Shown piece by piece: positions 21,433 to 34,900 of a stretch of DNA of 64,000 nucleotides. Source of the stretch: Catajapyx aquilonaris (Eukaryota); NCBI GenBank assembly GCA_000934665.2, contig JYFJ02001035.1, positions 1 to 64,000 on the forward strand. The letters are read 5' to 3'. The position numbers and the translations under genes are program-made. The notes beneath the pieces are model-generated. The model made no database searches, was not told the DNA's origin, and saw nothing but the letters and a program-made list of their open reading frames with translations. Within the stretch, counting starts at the first letter, position 1; every line of letters begins with the position of its first letter.

Positions 21433-24400
21433 TCACTCGCTGCTCTTGCTGTTTGCATTTGACTATTGTACATTTCTACCCATAGAGAGACCGTCAAATC
21501 CGAACGAATGGCAAATAGAAGCTCGTTAAGATTCCAGCAAAGTAATTACCGAAAGCTTTCCGTTATGGGAGCATTCATACAAGGGGGATAAAATCTAAGG
21601 GAGCAGAAACGAAGCAAGCTCCCCAAAAGTTGAAAGAGGCCGAATGGGCCCAAAAGTAGGCCCAGGAGCATAAAAGGAAGGGACAAGAAGCTGGCTTCTG
21701 GGAGAAAGTCTTTTTTCCTTTTCCTTCTAGGTTCTAGGAAAATTGCGACAACTTTCCAGCTTTTTGCTCGAAAAGGATCGATGCGTTTCAATATACCTAT
21801 ATGCAAAAAAAAATGTTGGGGTGTGTACATATCATCAATTTGTTGGCTTCTTATGTAAAAATGGTGCCATGGTCTTCGTAGTATTTTCAAGAAGGATGGA
21901 TTGCAAAAATCCGTCTTTTTTTGGTGGCTCACAGCTGGCGGCAGCTCCACAATCATCCCCTTTTGTGCGCCTCGCCTACCAAAAGGCGCTGTTGAATTTG
22001 TTCCCATTTTGCTCTTAACCCCCAACCACAAACCGGCTTCTATCAGGGTTCCCCAAAAAAATATATAAGTCTTGAAGAAAGAAAAAAAAAATGGCTAAAA
22101 CTTTCCACCTGCAAGCTCTCGCGCTTCCATTTATTTTCATAAATCCCTTTCTGAAAACGGCTGAAAAACGGGGAAAGGACGTGTTGGCAGTATGAAAGGA
22201 TCGCTCCCTAGAATGTATTTTTCATCACCCTTTGCTTTTATCGCCTTTGAATTGTCCAGAATCGTGCCAATATTTATGTAAAGTCGTGGGATAAAGTAAA
22301 TTAAGGCTTTGTGTAGGCTTTTGTTGGCCGTCAAGTTAGTGCCAACGTGGGGTGAAATTTTTGGGATGTTGACTAAGCTCTTTGTTTACTATACAGTATA
22401 TGATGCTCTGGGAATTGACAGTCTCTGAGCACTCATGTCCACATTTGTTTAAATATGAAAAATATGAAAAATGTGAAAATAGCTTAATTTAATCCATAAT
22501 TCATTTTGGGATTTCATATACCAAAGTATTTTCTATGGGCTTTTCCCGACTTGGGAATGGAATTAATTACGTAGTATTAATGAACAGGCGGCTATTCCTG
22601 TACGAAAGCTAACAGATGGTCGCCCAACAACTGCTTTGGGAGTCTTATATACCCTTCGGCATTTCCCTCCAAAGCTTGATGTAGAAACGATGAAGTTCTT
22701 GGCTGACTTCTTTTTTTCCAAGTCGTGTAGGTTCCTGAACTAATGAAAATCCGAGCAAGGCTGTTCATCATGGAAAAGTTAACTGCCATTCTTCAGGGGG
22801 CTTTAAAGGGGGTGTAAATGAGTGTGGTATACCATAATAATTTTTAGTGTACTGTGCCTAATAACGTTTGATCTCAGAATCAATTCTGGAAGCCTTTGCG
22901 CTCGACAACAATAATGAGTTCATTATATGACAACGTACGTTAATAATGGTAATGAAGAATGGAGCTGTTTATTTTGCTTAAAAGGAAGTTGATTGGGCTG
23001 ATCAGTTTGTACTCAATTATAATTTTTCAGCTATACAGGCTTAATGAATACGACGAGTACTATGTATGATTGGCAAGCGGAATCCAATTAGCATTGACAT
23101 TTTTAACACAATATTGCGCAATTTTTCTGAAATATAATTATAGCCTAATTGAAGCTGGATAGTTAAGAATCATTGATTTGTATATCATCAAGCTAACACA
23201 ATTTTCAAAACCGAATCAGACGATGGCTGCATCAAGCTTTACAAACATGTATGAAGCCAAATCTCATTACATATGAATACCAAAATGCACGTGCTAAATT
23301 TAGCAATAATTTAATCCAGATTTTCCCTTGTACAGTACATTACTATTCTGTTACCCAGACATGTATGGTTGAACCTGTAACCGCTCACATTTGACGAACC
23401 ATGCACGTATCCCCCATGACATAAGGCCCAGAATGATCCGGTCATTTCGTTAACAGATTATGTCTCTTTAATCTACATACAACGACATCGTTTGGCGTTC
23501 GGTACCCCCCCCCCCCCNTTGGTGCGGTGTAAACACAAAGGCAGAGTTTGGAATTTAATCGGGTTATACGGCACGTGATGTTATCATGTTATTTTCAGTT
23601 GGCGATGCGACCGATGATTAGCGCGCCTGGTTTTGCGGCCGGATCTCTTGTAAACGATGAGCAATGAGGGGACAGAATCATATTGGTGATTGTACCGTTT
23701 ACACACAAAATCACTCGCTCCATCACTTCTGTGTTGGGGTGTCAACTAATCATTCATAACTGCACTTTGATGCAGGGAGAACAACGGATGGTACTCCACA
23801 TTATGTCCTTTTCACGCTGTTCCTTTGTGGTAGGAAATGGGCTGGCAGTTGATTAGGAAGTTGACAAAAATTAAAGTGAGACTCTCATATTAAATGGGGT
23901 GAAATTTAGATAAAATATCTGGAACCAATCAGTTTCTTTAACGGAGCAACGGCCAATCCCGACCAATGACGTCACATCGCATAGGGAGCACAAGACATCA
24001 CTCATGAAGCGAATATCAATAACTAATGGGGATGAATTGGATGGGCTTTTTCTTTAACGTGATTAGATGGAAAGGCAATTAACAGCAGGATAATTAAATG
24101 CGAAATTAGCTCCCCGTCTCTTGATAGGAATGTGCGGCTTTTGCAAGTTAAGAGCTGATGATCTAACTTTATCAGGCAGGATGATGGGATGGGTATCGCT
24201 GCGGTTGAATGCACAAAAAACACAAGCTCCTTTTTTTCTACTCGATAGCCATTTTAGTCATTAAGCATGCTTATGGCTGCCATGATTCGACCAAAAAACT
24301 GATAGCCACTTCATTAAGCACGTCCATCACTGCATTTTATTGCACATAGTATCCAAGTATCTGCTATCAATATTAGCAACTGATATAATACACATAAAAT

Positions 24401-25133
24401 GCAGTGGATAGTTACCCTAAAAATTTCATTTACGTCTAGTCCCCCTAGTTGATTGTACCCTACTCATACTTCAGGGCTATGTTACTGTATTATGCATAGA
24501 TTTTCTTAATTTATGTTGCTGTAATCAGGGTTGCCCAAACAGAATAAACAGTGTCTAAATTTCATGGGATATAGCACGCTGTGAGGTTTATTAAATTACG
24601 TTTATGTAATGAATAATTTTTCATATTAACTAAATGGTACTGCGTGATGTAACGTTCAAACATTTATTAAAAAATATTATATTCACATAATTCACCTGTT
24701 ATCATGATAAATTATAGTCAGATTAATATTGAGTGTATTTTCCTACATTTGGACAACCAACCATCGTAAGTAAACATTAATTGAGATTGCCCACCTTATT
24801 ACCCATCTTTGCCAGCAAATGTGCAGCTGCTTCTCTTAATCTGTGTACGGAAAATTAGTATTCCAGAAAGTTTTGCAAGTCACGTATCCGTTCTCCAATT
24901 AGCACCCATTACGAAGGTCTGGTTGAATAATTTAATGTCAAGTTTGGACATATGAGATAATTCACGCCTGCTTACAGCGTTGGCATGGAAGGGAACAGCT
25001 TGTTCCTACCAACTAATGGCCAAGTGACGTTTCGATCATGTAGGAATGTTGCAAACAGTCTGTAAAGAACAAGTATTAAAATTAACGAACTTCATTTGTC
25101 CATTTTTCGACAATTATAAAAGGATGCTCCTCT

Positions 25134-25232
25134 GCGTGTTCGTTGGGTTGCATCCTTCCAGGATGAAACAAAGGTGGAAGGGTTCCTCGGCGTGTTCGTT
25201 GGGTTGCATCATGCCAGGATGAAACAAAGGTG
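25134..25232. repeat. Two-copy direct repeat (~43 bp, period 56)
   Basis: GCGTGTTCGTTGGGTTGCATC(C/A)T(T/G)CCAGGATGAAACAAAGGTG occurs twice. Confidence 0.9.
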
Positions 25233-27342
25233 TACCTTTACCAGTTTTAGCAGTTCACCTTTAAAGATTTAATTCTAGTTAGTTGCATTGCTTAAATGAC
25301 GTTGCTTTTATGTTATTACGGTACTCAAACTTCTGTACGGTTACTGCCAAACCCATCAGGGGATTTGTAGGCAATAAGCCATAAGGAGATGCCACTTACC
25401 ATACCTTTGTGAACTATGCTCATGCACACAGTATATCAAAGCCCCAAGCAAGGGCTGGTTTGGCTGCTCGTTTTGCGTCGGTTGCCAGGCAACTTTGGGT
25501 CTCTTGCTTGAAATGGTGAGATGGAAACTTGACTCTACGTATTCAGTTGTCAAGGCTTGGGTGCTGGTGCAATAATCATTTGTCAAGTCCTGTTAATTGT
25601 GGTGTTGTGCGTAAAAAATATGGGTGTGCCAGGCTTGCTGAGGATGATCAGGATCAGCAATTTGGATGACATTTTTTAAAAATTAATCTGATTAACACGG
25701 TACACTTCTAGTAATGGGTTGCATTAGGCAAGATTTTTCCCTACAGGAATATGCTTAGGGGGCATCAATTTAGCTCATTTATAATTCATTCCGGCCCTAT
25801 GAAATGCATTAATGTAATACAGGTGATCCATATTTCTAACAGCATAAGCTGTAAGTAGACTTTTTTTGATGTAGTGTGACTACTTGGCGGAAGCCACTAA
25901 AGGCTTCTTAAAAAAGAGTCTCCTGGATGACATTTGTACCTGCCTCTCGGGAAAGGTAAATTTGAACGTCGTCTCCTCCTCCTTGACTTATTGAATCTGT
26001 CGGCGCTTTGTGTTATTTGGAGGCGTCTAGATGAATGGATCCTGTGCCCGGAAGCTTTCCAGGCGCTTCCTAGATGGACTTTTTATGGGCTTCTTTGTGT
26101 ATTTTTTTAGGCCCGCGAGGTAGGCATTCGATATTGGGGGGGGGGGGNGGGGGCTATAGATTATGTTTTCTATTTGCAGGGTCAGTAATATTAAAGGTTA
26201 TCTGCAGTTGTCTCAGCCCTGGATAGAAATATGGCGATACATATCTGGATATATATAAAAAGGACAAAGTTTGGGTCCATAGCTTATAACCAACTTCCGG
26301 ACTACTGAGAGGGTTAAAATTTGGCACACTAAAAGGTGAGATGATAGAAAATGCAAGGAAATGCTAAAAATCTACATATTTTGGTAATATTGCCTGTTAT
26401 GGGCTAGTTTCCGCACTTTCGTGGCTATACAGCAGTGCATCAAGTTCGCAACTTTGTTACGGCACCTGAGCGCCACCTAGCAAGTAAATTCTGCGATTAT
26501 AGTCCAATTTATGTGAAATTCTGGTAATAAAACAAAATTTATATCAAAATTTCAGTTCTAAGTCATGTTTGCAATATTTCAGCCACTTTCTGCAATTAAT
26601 ATCTGTGATATATATGCGTTCATTCTTGTGCGTGACAGGTCTCCCAGAAATGTAACATTCCTTGCATAGTTGCCATCTCGCATGGCCACAAGTGTGAACC
26701 TGATAAAACAAGAGGATAAATGTTTCACTAGCTGTGGCCGCACGAATATGTGCAATAGAGTACACATGTGTTGCATACAGCGCCACGTACCTCATAATTA
26801 ATCAGTATTCGGGCGATGCCAACAAATAGAATTGCGGACATAATTGTGCAGCCAATTAATGAATTTCCTGGAATGTAGGTTTCACATGGGGAAACCGGGA
26901 TTAAACAGGCCTGAAATGAAGGCTTGCAGGCGCTAACTATGGGTTTTCATAATGACTTGGATGATCCGGCTGCGATTAACTCTGGTTAATGCACCAATTA
27001 CAAGCTCTTTCTCCGCCGTGAAATTTGCCTACCACCTTTTCAAATGAGCATCCCTTCCCTCCTCTTGTATAAACAAAAATGGATGTTATGGGTTGTAACT
27101 TGGAATATTGAAAATTTATTAAAATTTAATGCGTTGCGCCCTCTAGCCCTGATTTTGTGCCCTGAAATGAAGGGGCTGGTACGGCTCATTATGAGCAGTG
27201 ATTATGACTGAAATTGGGCTGAAATGATGGTTTCAAAATCAAAAATTGGTGGGCAACCAGAAAAGTTTAAAGTGTGCCATATTGGTAGTTACTATAAAAT
27301 TAATTTTTAATCAAAAATATTTGCATATTTTATCAAATATTT

Positions 27343-27566
27343 ATTTATTTATTTATTTCAAACCCCGTGCTAGAGCCTTTTGGCTCCTTAGGGGGGTGGA
27401 TTACCACCATTGGATGGGACCAGGGTTCGGGAAGGAAGGAAGCGGCTGTGGCCTATTTTTACGGAAACGACCCCGGAATTGTCCTGGAAAACCGGCCCCG
27501 GGATTCGAACCCAGTACCTCCCGATTAGCAGCCGGGTTCCATATCTCCTACACCAACCTGCTTCGG
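27343..27566 (-). mobile_element. tRNA-derived SINE with (AAAT)n tail and target-site duplication
   Basis: Minus strand reads CCGAAGCAGGTTGGTGTAG..CCCGGCTGCTAATCGGGAGGTACTGGGTTCGAATCCC (B box), ends in GAAATAAATAAATAAAT. Flanked by TTATCAAATATTT at 27330-27342 and 27571-27583 (17 bp with one mismatch). Related copy at 51057. Confidence 0.85.
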
Positions 27567-29725
27567 TATATTATCAAATATTTCCTAATTATTACAGTAA
27601 TTTCTTTTATGAAGTTCATTTATTTTTTTGAACGACTATGCATTTGATTTCAATACCTGCTATGGAAGCGAAATACATATTTTTGACATGACAATCAATA
27701 CCGACAAATATAGCTGGTAATGATATGTAAATGAGCCGGGATTGCATCTATAACGTATTAATTTTATTGGCCTCCCTGTCAATTTAATAACTAAATTGAT
27801 TTTACACCACACATAATGTTGGCCGTATCCAACTTTTACATCCAACAGCTCAAAAGTATTCAATATCAATTGAATGTAATAGGATTTGGGTTATCGCTGC
27901 ACGACATGGCAGTCAGGATTGATAGTCAGTCTATTCTTGAAAATAGACTTCGAAGGTTGACATTTAAGATAGTCATGGAGAAGTGAGGTTGGTCGAACGA
28001 CTGTTGCATAAAGGGGTTCCATGATAGCCAGTAAGGTCTAGGAGATTGCGTGCCCAAGTGGTGGAAGAGCCTCAAAGGCCTCCCTTTCCCTTTGTGGACG
28101 GATTGCCTACGGACAAGTAATTACGCAGGCCTCTATACCAAAGTACAGAGGGAGTGAAAAATCACACCTGCTGCCAACGACAGTTGAAAATTGGACGGTG
28201 TGGACAATCGGACAAGTTCAATCGCAATCAGCCCCCGATATACCGGTAATAACAATCATCGAGTGTTTGGTCACAACTTCCATTAGGCAGATTAGAAATC
28301 CCTTTTACAATTATCGGACTTCCAATTTATGAGTAAACCTGGAAGGAAACACAGCTGCGATGATTTCTGCAATAATCATAGTCGTTAGTACCATCCCATC
28401 ATTCCAAATGTGAATCGACGCTCTCCGATAAATCATGTGTGGTTAATAATTACCAATGCATTTTTTTTCCAGCTCAGCTAGATCGATAGGTGTGGAAAAA
28501 AAGGGAACTAAATAGAGTGCTGATGGTCCATTGAATGTGCCTTGGCCTGAAGATTTATGAAGTGGGAGATTCTCTAACGTGAACAGGAAACAATTTTTGG
28601 GTATGAAAAATTGAGTAGCGAGTTAATGGCGGCTCCTCTTCACCTTTTCCACTTTGGATTTGCAATAATCTCCACTCGCCAAGGAATAAATCATGGAAGG
28701 TTGGGGGGCGGGTGCAATTTTGGTGGTTTCCCACTGTGAATCTAGAGGGGTAATAACCAATTCTTTTCCTGTCTAGAATGAAGGTTGCACACCCCCTCAA
28801 AAAAAAAACTGAACTTAGAACCCGCCAAGCTGTAGAATTGCCCTCTGCTGAATTTCTCTTCTCCACTTAGTCCGAGGACTTAGAGCCAGATTTGTGTCCC
28901 CTGACCAGAATATCCAATAAGGACTTGGAGCGCATGCGTGCATTTAAATATGGAGACGACATTTGAGGCAAATCATTACTGGATTACCAGCAGTTGATAA
29001 ATAATCGGTCAGATTTACGAGTAAAAATGCAAAGTTTTAATCAAAATTTACGAGTGAATAAAAATTTTAGCATTTTTTGACAATGTGTTTAAATTTTGGA
29101 GACAGTTTGCATTTTTGGCAGAGTAACAATTTTTTTTGTAATACACTATATCCTGTAGTAAGTTGTGATATTAACGCAATTTTCGGATGAAAATTTATGC
29201 AAATGTCTTTTTCATGCATTTTGTTGTAGGTTGGTTCCCACAAATCTGCCTGTTGTACTGCCTATATTGCTTGAAAAAAGTTTGATCATTGCCTGGGGGG
29301 TTTTCTAGTGATCAATTAGCTGCGATAAGAAAGTTGCATCGCCCTGAAGTGTAATTAGAAGGAAGCAGATAACGGCTAGGTCTCATACACCTCGTCAATA
29401 TTTTAAAAGCCCACCGGTTAAAAATAGGCAGCCCCATAAGTTGGCCCTCGGCCTGTAATTCAAATTGGGGCAGTTTGGATCCCCAAGGCCTGTTATTCCT
29501 GAGGAAGAAGTTAAATTTGCTTTGGATTAATTATGCACCTCTAAGCCGCAGACCGGCCCTTTATGCAAAAGCCAATATATGCCTTGCTTTAAACGATGCA
29601 CAACAAACGAGCCGATTGTAGTGTCCGATGGATGTGCAATATTTACAAAACTGTCAGGACAATGTATCAAATAAATAGGTTTAAAGTAACAGTATGTCAT
29701 GTGACATGCAATTTGCACGATTTTC

Positions 29726-30060
29726 ATACATTTTTGAGTTTAAATTTTAATTTTAGCATTTTAAACATGTCTCAATGACAAATGACAATAGAAAATATAC
29801 ATTTTCAGTAAAAAATTGAAAATAGCGTTTAAAAATAGCAGCGATTCTTTGTTTGCCATGAATTGATGAGCTCAATTTTCATACATAGCGTTTTTCTTTT
29901 ACATATTTTATTTAAAATTTAAATTTAGCATTTTACACAAATATAGCATCATGTCTTATTGACAAATGACAATAGAAAATGTACATTTTCAGTAAAAAAT
30001 TGAAAATAGCGTTTAAAAATAACAGCGATTCTTTGTTTGTCATAAATTGATGAGCCTCAA
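29726..30060. repeat. Tandem duplication of an AT-rich ~150-bp segment
   Basis: TGACAAATGACAATAGAAAAT..CAGTAAAAAATTGAAAATAGCGTTTAAAAATA..GATTCTTTGTTTG..AATTGATGAGC occurs twice (~29775 and ~29960). Confidence 0.9.
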
Positions 30061-31668
30061 CAAGTCAGGCTGTCATAAGGTGCCGGAAACATGTGTAATT
30101 TTTCTAATGCGACTCTGGTATCGAAGTGAACCGAAAATGGAGCTTTAATGAAGTTTTACCCTCGGAGCGACGTGACCATCAATCTTTTGTGAGTCGAGCC
30201 CTTAGAGATGTTCCGTCCAATTTCCCCTCCCCTTCCCTCTGCGAGTTTTCCGATTGGACTCCCGGGCTTCGACTTCATCACGAAGCAACCAAGCGCTTGT
30301 CTCACCACCGCAGATAGAAACATTGCCCTTCGCCCCATGACGCTTTTTTCACTGTTGGCTGACCTGCAGGGTCTGGGACCGGGCCTTTTATTCTGCCTGA
30401 AACTCATGATTTTTTCGCCAAGTTTCATCCAATTACGGACAGATTTTTGGACGTTCGACCGGGTTCGACTCTTGGGAGAGGACCTAGACATTGTTTATAG
30501 ATGATGCACATCCATAGGTATCATGGACGGCATCATTTTTATTGCAAAAAGTTATAGTAAGTACTTCCCAGATGAATAGAATTTGAAATTGTATATCTTT
30601 GTACGAAGCTGCTTATTTGAACCACTAATTACCATTTCAATTTGCAAACCTGGAATATTTCAGTTATGATAAAGCCTTTGATGGTGAACCTACAATGTCT
30701 TCAACTAAAGCTCCTTTGTATGATTTGCCCATTGAACTCAGATATTGGCAGCTCAATTCTTTCACCGTTATTAAATTTCAAATGAAGTTAGAAATCGCCG
30801 AAACTTGTGCTTCACGCCTCATTAAAATTGAATGCATTATATTCTAATGTCTGCTGAACGTAGTCACGTACATGTGAAACTGACATTTGTTCCATCCATA
30901 CTCATCTTTATTGAACAGAATAAGATGAATAAATCAATGGCGTCATTGAACACTTCGCTCGCTTGTGAGATATCATCATCTGCAAGTGCCACTCGGTGGT
31001 TCCTAGCTGGCACATCACCCTTTGAGAGCCAGGCGCGGATTGGTTCAAGACTAGTGGCACGCATTTCATTCCAGGCAGGCAGAGACTTAACGGCTGCCTA
31101 GCTCTCTCTGAGAAAACCCATTTCTACGTGGCGCCAGCTCCACAAGGAGTTGGAAGGACCTTTCGACGACCAATATTAATGACCCACCCCGGATCACCTA
31201 AATCATTCACTTTGTCCGAAACTCTCGGGCTGGGAGTGACTGAGAAGTCTCTTTGAACTGTACCTAGTTTCCCCACTAGAATTACCACCTTTTGTTTAAG
31301 TGCGCAAGCTCCGCTTTTCACTTCGCTTATAGAGTAACGGTCTTTCCCGCCTTCCCTTTTCCCGCCCTTTTTTTTCTCTAGCCTCTCCTATCAATACTAA
31401 TCGCAGGGGCTTTGCAGTTAATTAAGGAAGAAGCTCGTCGCTTCGGTCTTTGTCGGAATGTTCTCAAGGACTGGGCCAGGTTTTACAGGAGCCTCTTTCG
31501 CTTCACAACTACTCCTTTTGTGCTCTTGAGCCCTCTTGACGTGCACTTTGCAGCCACCTGGAACGAAAGACGTACATTTTGGGGGCCTTAATCGCTCATG
31601 CTTTAGCTTAGAACGCATAGTCGGGCATAGTGACTGTTGTAATCAACGAACCGGTGGGACGTCCGGGT

Positions 31669-31989
31669 ACACTACAGAATTAGACATCAGGGAGGGTCCA
31701 GTGTTGCTAGGCGTATAATTAGTGTTACCGGCGAATCTTTTACTCTCTGACATATGTGACACCTTAGGCTACATTAGGTTACAGTCAGAAATTCTCAATA
31801 GACTCGTACTATAGGCCTAGGCCCACTACAGAATGTGACATCAGGGAGGGTTCAGTGAAAATGCGTGTTTCTGGGTGTAGAAATAGTGTTATCGGGGAAT
31901 CTTTTACTCTCTGACATACGTCACACTTTAGGCCACATTATACTACAGTCAGAAATTCTGACTAGACTCGTACTTTAGACCTAGGCCCA
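31669..31989. repeat. Two diverged copies of a ~160-bp satellite-like unit
   Basis: CACTACAGAAT..GACATCAGGGAGGGT..AATCTTTTACTCTCTGACATA..ACAGTCAGAAATTCT..TAGACTCGTACT..CCTAGGCCCA repeated head-to-tail. Confidence 0.9.
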
Positions 31990-34900
31990 GTTGTGACGCT
32001 TGGTGCAAGCGGAGTGAGGAATGTGCAAGACGGTTACTACTGGTGGGCTTATCACGGGCGGTTGCGGGCAGGGCGGAAGATGCTTGCGGCCTGGAAGGCT
32101 CGGCCTCGAAAACCGACATGGAAGTCCCGGAAATATGGGAATGGATGGATGGATGCGATGGAGGCACGTCGGCCCGTGCTGTGTCCTGCACGCTGGCTGG
32201 CAAAAGCTATCGATTCGCAGGGAAAGGCAAAGGTGGCTGGGAAATTGAGAGCAGCTGCCCCGCCACTTTATGCCCCGCCTCATTTTTTCCTCGAGAGAAC
32301 TACACCACACTCGCTAGCAAATTGGCTCACTTGCAGTGCACTACCTACTCTTTTTCACTCGGAGGGTTTCAGACCTACCCACTCCCCCTTTTTGCACAAA
32401 AAAGTGAATTTTTGCACGCAAATGGATGGAATGCCGCTTCCATTCTGGAGCCTGAAAACTTTATGGGCCACAAGGGGAATAATGTCTACACAATCTGACA
32501 CTATAATGCATAATGCGGGCAGCTGTCTACTGCACAGTGCCACTGGCTTATACGCATGAGTTCAGGCTGAGTTCAAGGTCGGAAACTACAATTCGTTATA
32601 TGGAAAATGTACATAATATCACCTAGTACCTTACAGAGTAAAAAATCTGCCTATTTTGTAGCTCCATAAAAGTGTACGATCGTGCACAATCAGCTCAGTT
32701 TGGCAAAACAAAGGGATTCGACTAGCCGCAAAGGGAATTCGGCAACAAATTGGGGAAGTTTCCATAAAGGGAATTTAGGGAAACAGTTATGGAGCCTGGA
32801 AAGGTCGTGGAAAGAAGTGGAGTATGGCAGGAAGAGAGCATCTGGCGCAATAGAATGCGTGTGCAGAGAAAGAGAAGGGCTGGCTAGAATGGCCTCAGAC
32901 TTGATCCTCTTAGGAGGCTTCGTGATTGGTGGAAATGGAAGTGACCTCTCTTTATTTTTTTCCCTAGTTTTTTCTCCTTCTCTCTCTGGATGGGCTTTTC
33001 AAGTTGGGCTGCCGGGAAGTCGGTTGACCTCTGCCTGAGGAGCACCAGTCGCGCTTACCGCAAATCGCTCATTTGATGGTGCCCCCTCTTTAATTTGGGC
33101 GTAGTCTGGCAGAAGACGAGCAAGGGCGGAAATGAGCCCTCGGGCCATCCTTCTGTTTCATCCAACTTTATGAAGATGGATCCGGTGATAAAGTATCAGG
33201 CTTCTTCCGCCTGCCGGCTGATTTTTGCAGCGAAGGCTTCAGGTTGCAAATATATATTTATTCCCTCCTGGCTCTTCTCCGAGGTTTCTGCATGGATCAA
33301 AATTACTTTGGATATAAATCTATTTCGAACAAAAATACTGCATAGAGATTGGATGGGAGAAACCAACTGATGCATATCAATTCAAAACTTGTTGGGAAAT
33401 TATTTGCATATTCTCATAACATTTTTAACTAAAGGTATAGTATGTAGATGTCAAACAACCTACATGCGTGTAAGTCAAAAGTTTTATGTGGTTAATAATG
33501 TTAACATCATTTGAACTAGAGTTTCATGCAGACTGCTGTGTTAATTACAGAGTTAATTCGATATTGACTTGTTGACAGTAATATTATTAAAAGAGCGATT
33601 AAATTACTGGGAATGAGCCAATTATGGAGTTGGATAATTTTAATAGGACTGCCGTATGCTAAAAAAATGGTTACTTTGTCATGTAATATTTAAAAAATTG
33701 CACATAGGAATATGTATCAATGTGTAAATTATGTCACTTTGATTGATCTACAATTTTTGGTTGGTCGTACGTTATGGCATAATCATATGCATCAATTCTG
33801 CTACTTTGTTACCAGCCAAAACCTCATCCTAGCAAACCCACTTGTCACATAATTCATTCAACAGTACAGGTTGTCGTTAACTCCAACCAAAATTTCAAAA
33901 CGCTTCGTAATATATTAAATCCCAACTGGTTCTATCTCACTTCATACATAAACAGCAACCTCATTATAATTACTCAAAAATGAATTGCGGCCAAAATTTT
34001 CACCCGCTTCGGTTACACCACCCGTTGAATTTACAACGTCTAGTTTACCCCTAGCTCTCAACCCTCTCCCAAAGTTTGGGTGTCGTTCTAGCCAAAAAGC
34101 CTGGGAGCCTAGGCCGGGTGGATTTGGAGGTGCAACAACGTTGACACTGAGTAACCGCCAGATCTTACCACGACCTCCACTCGGCCCATCTGGGAACGGG
34201 CCACTTGCAAGGGCCTATGTAACTTTGAAGTACCGGCGCTACCCAGATGAATAATAGATGCGGGATGAGAGGTCGACGTTGGGTTCGAAAGCTTTGGCTT
34301 CAAAGGAGTTGCGCTTTCATTAAACGAAGCGAAGAGAATCAGTTTCTCTGTCCATATTAGTGGGCGACCCCTCACAGGGACCTCACCTGTACGTGGTTCG
34401 TCTCCACTACACACAGGGACATTTTCATGCTTTTAAGGCACGCTTGTTCCTCTGGTTTCTCTTGCCTCTGCTGCCACCCTATGACTTATTCAGGATGCCC
34501 AAATAAGCCAACGGGCACTGGAGGGAAACCAAAACCGTCACATGTACAGTATGCACTGATCAGTATGTCAAGCACGACAGGTTTTAGAGACTCTAAAATT
34601 GGTACAAAGATACTTATTTTGTGCGTCTGGCATGTGTCTGCCTCATATCTCATCAAAAGTAATGTACCCTGACAATTCCATGGACACATAATGTCCGATT
34701 CCTAGAACATCGTTCTCTGCATCTGGCGGGATATAGCCCGAGGTTGCAACGTAGAAGTGTTCCATAAACTCGCATGGAGCATTAGAAGTTTGAACTTGGA
34801 ACCTGCATTGCCCAGATAGTTAGGGGCTTGTCAGGAACAGACCTGCGAGTTTCAGGCAACCGTTATTTTAACGTGTGTTGGAGAAAACTGAAAAAAAAGA

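Noticed and set aside
27480..27566. Functional tRNA genes at 27.5, 51.1 and 57.5 kb
   Set aside because: No complete cloverleaf or acceptor stem; long non-tRNA tails and a TSD (27.5-kb copy) indicate SINEs.
31993..32559. 188-aa ORF (and the 208-aa ORF at 42175-42801)
   Set aside because: Non-ATG starts, no recognisable motif, random-like composition.
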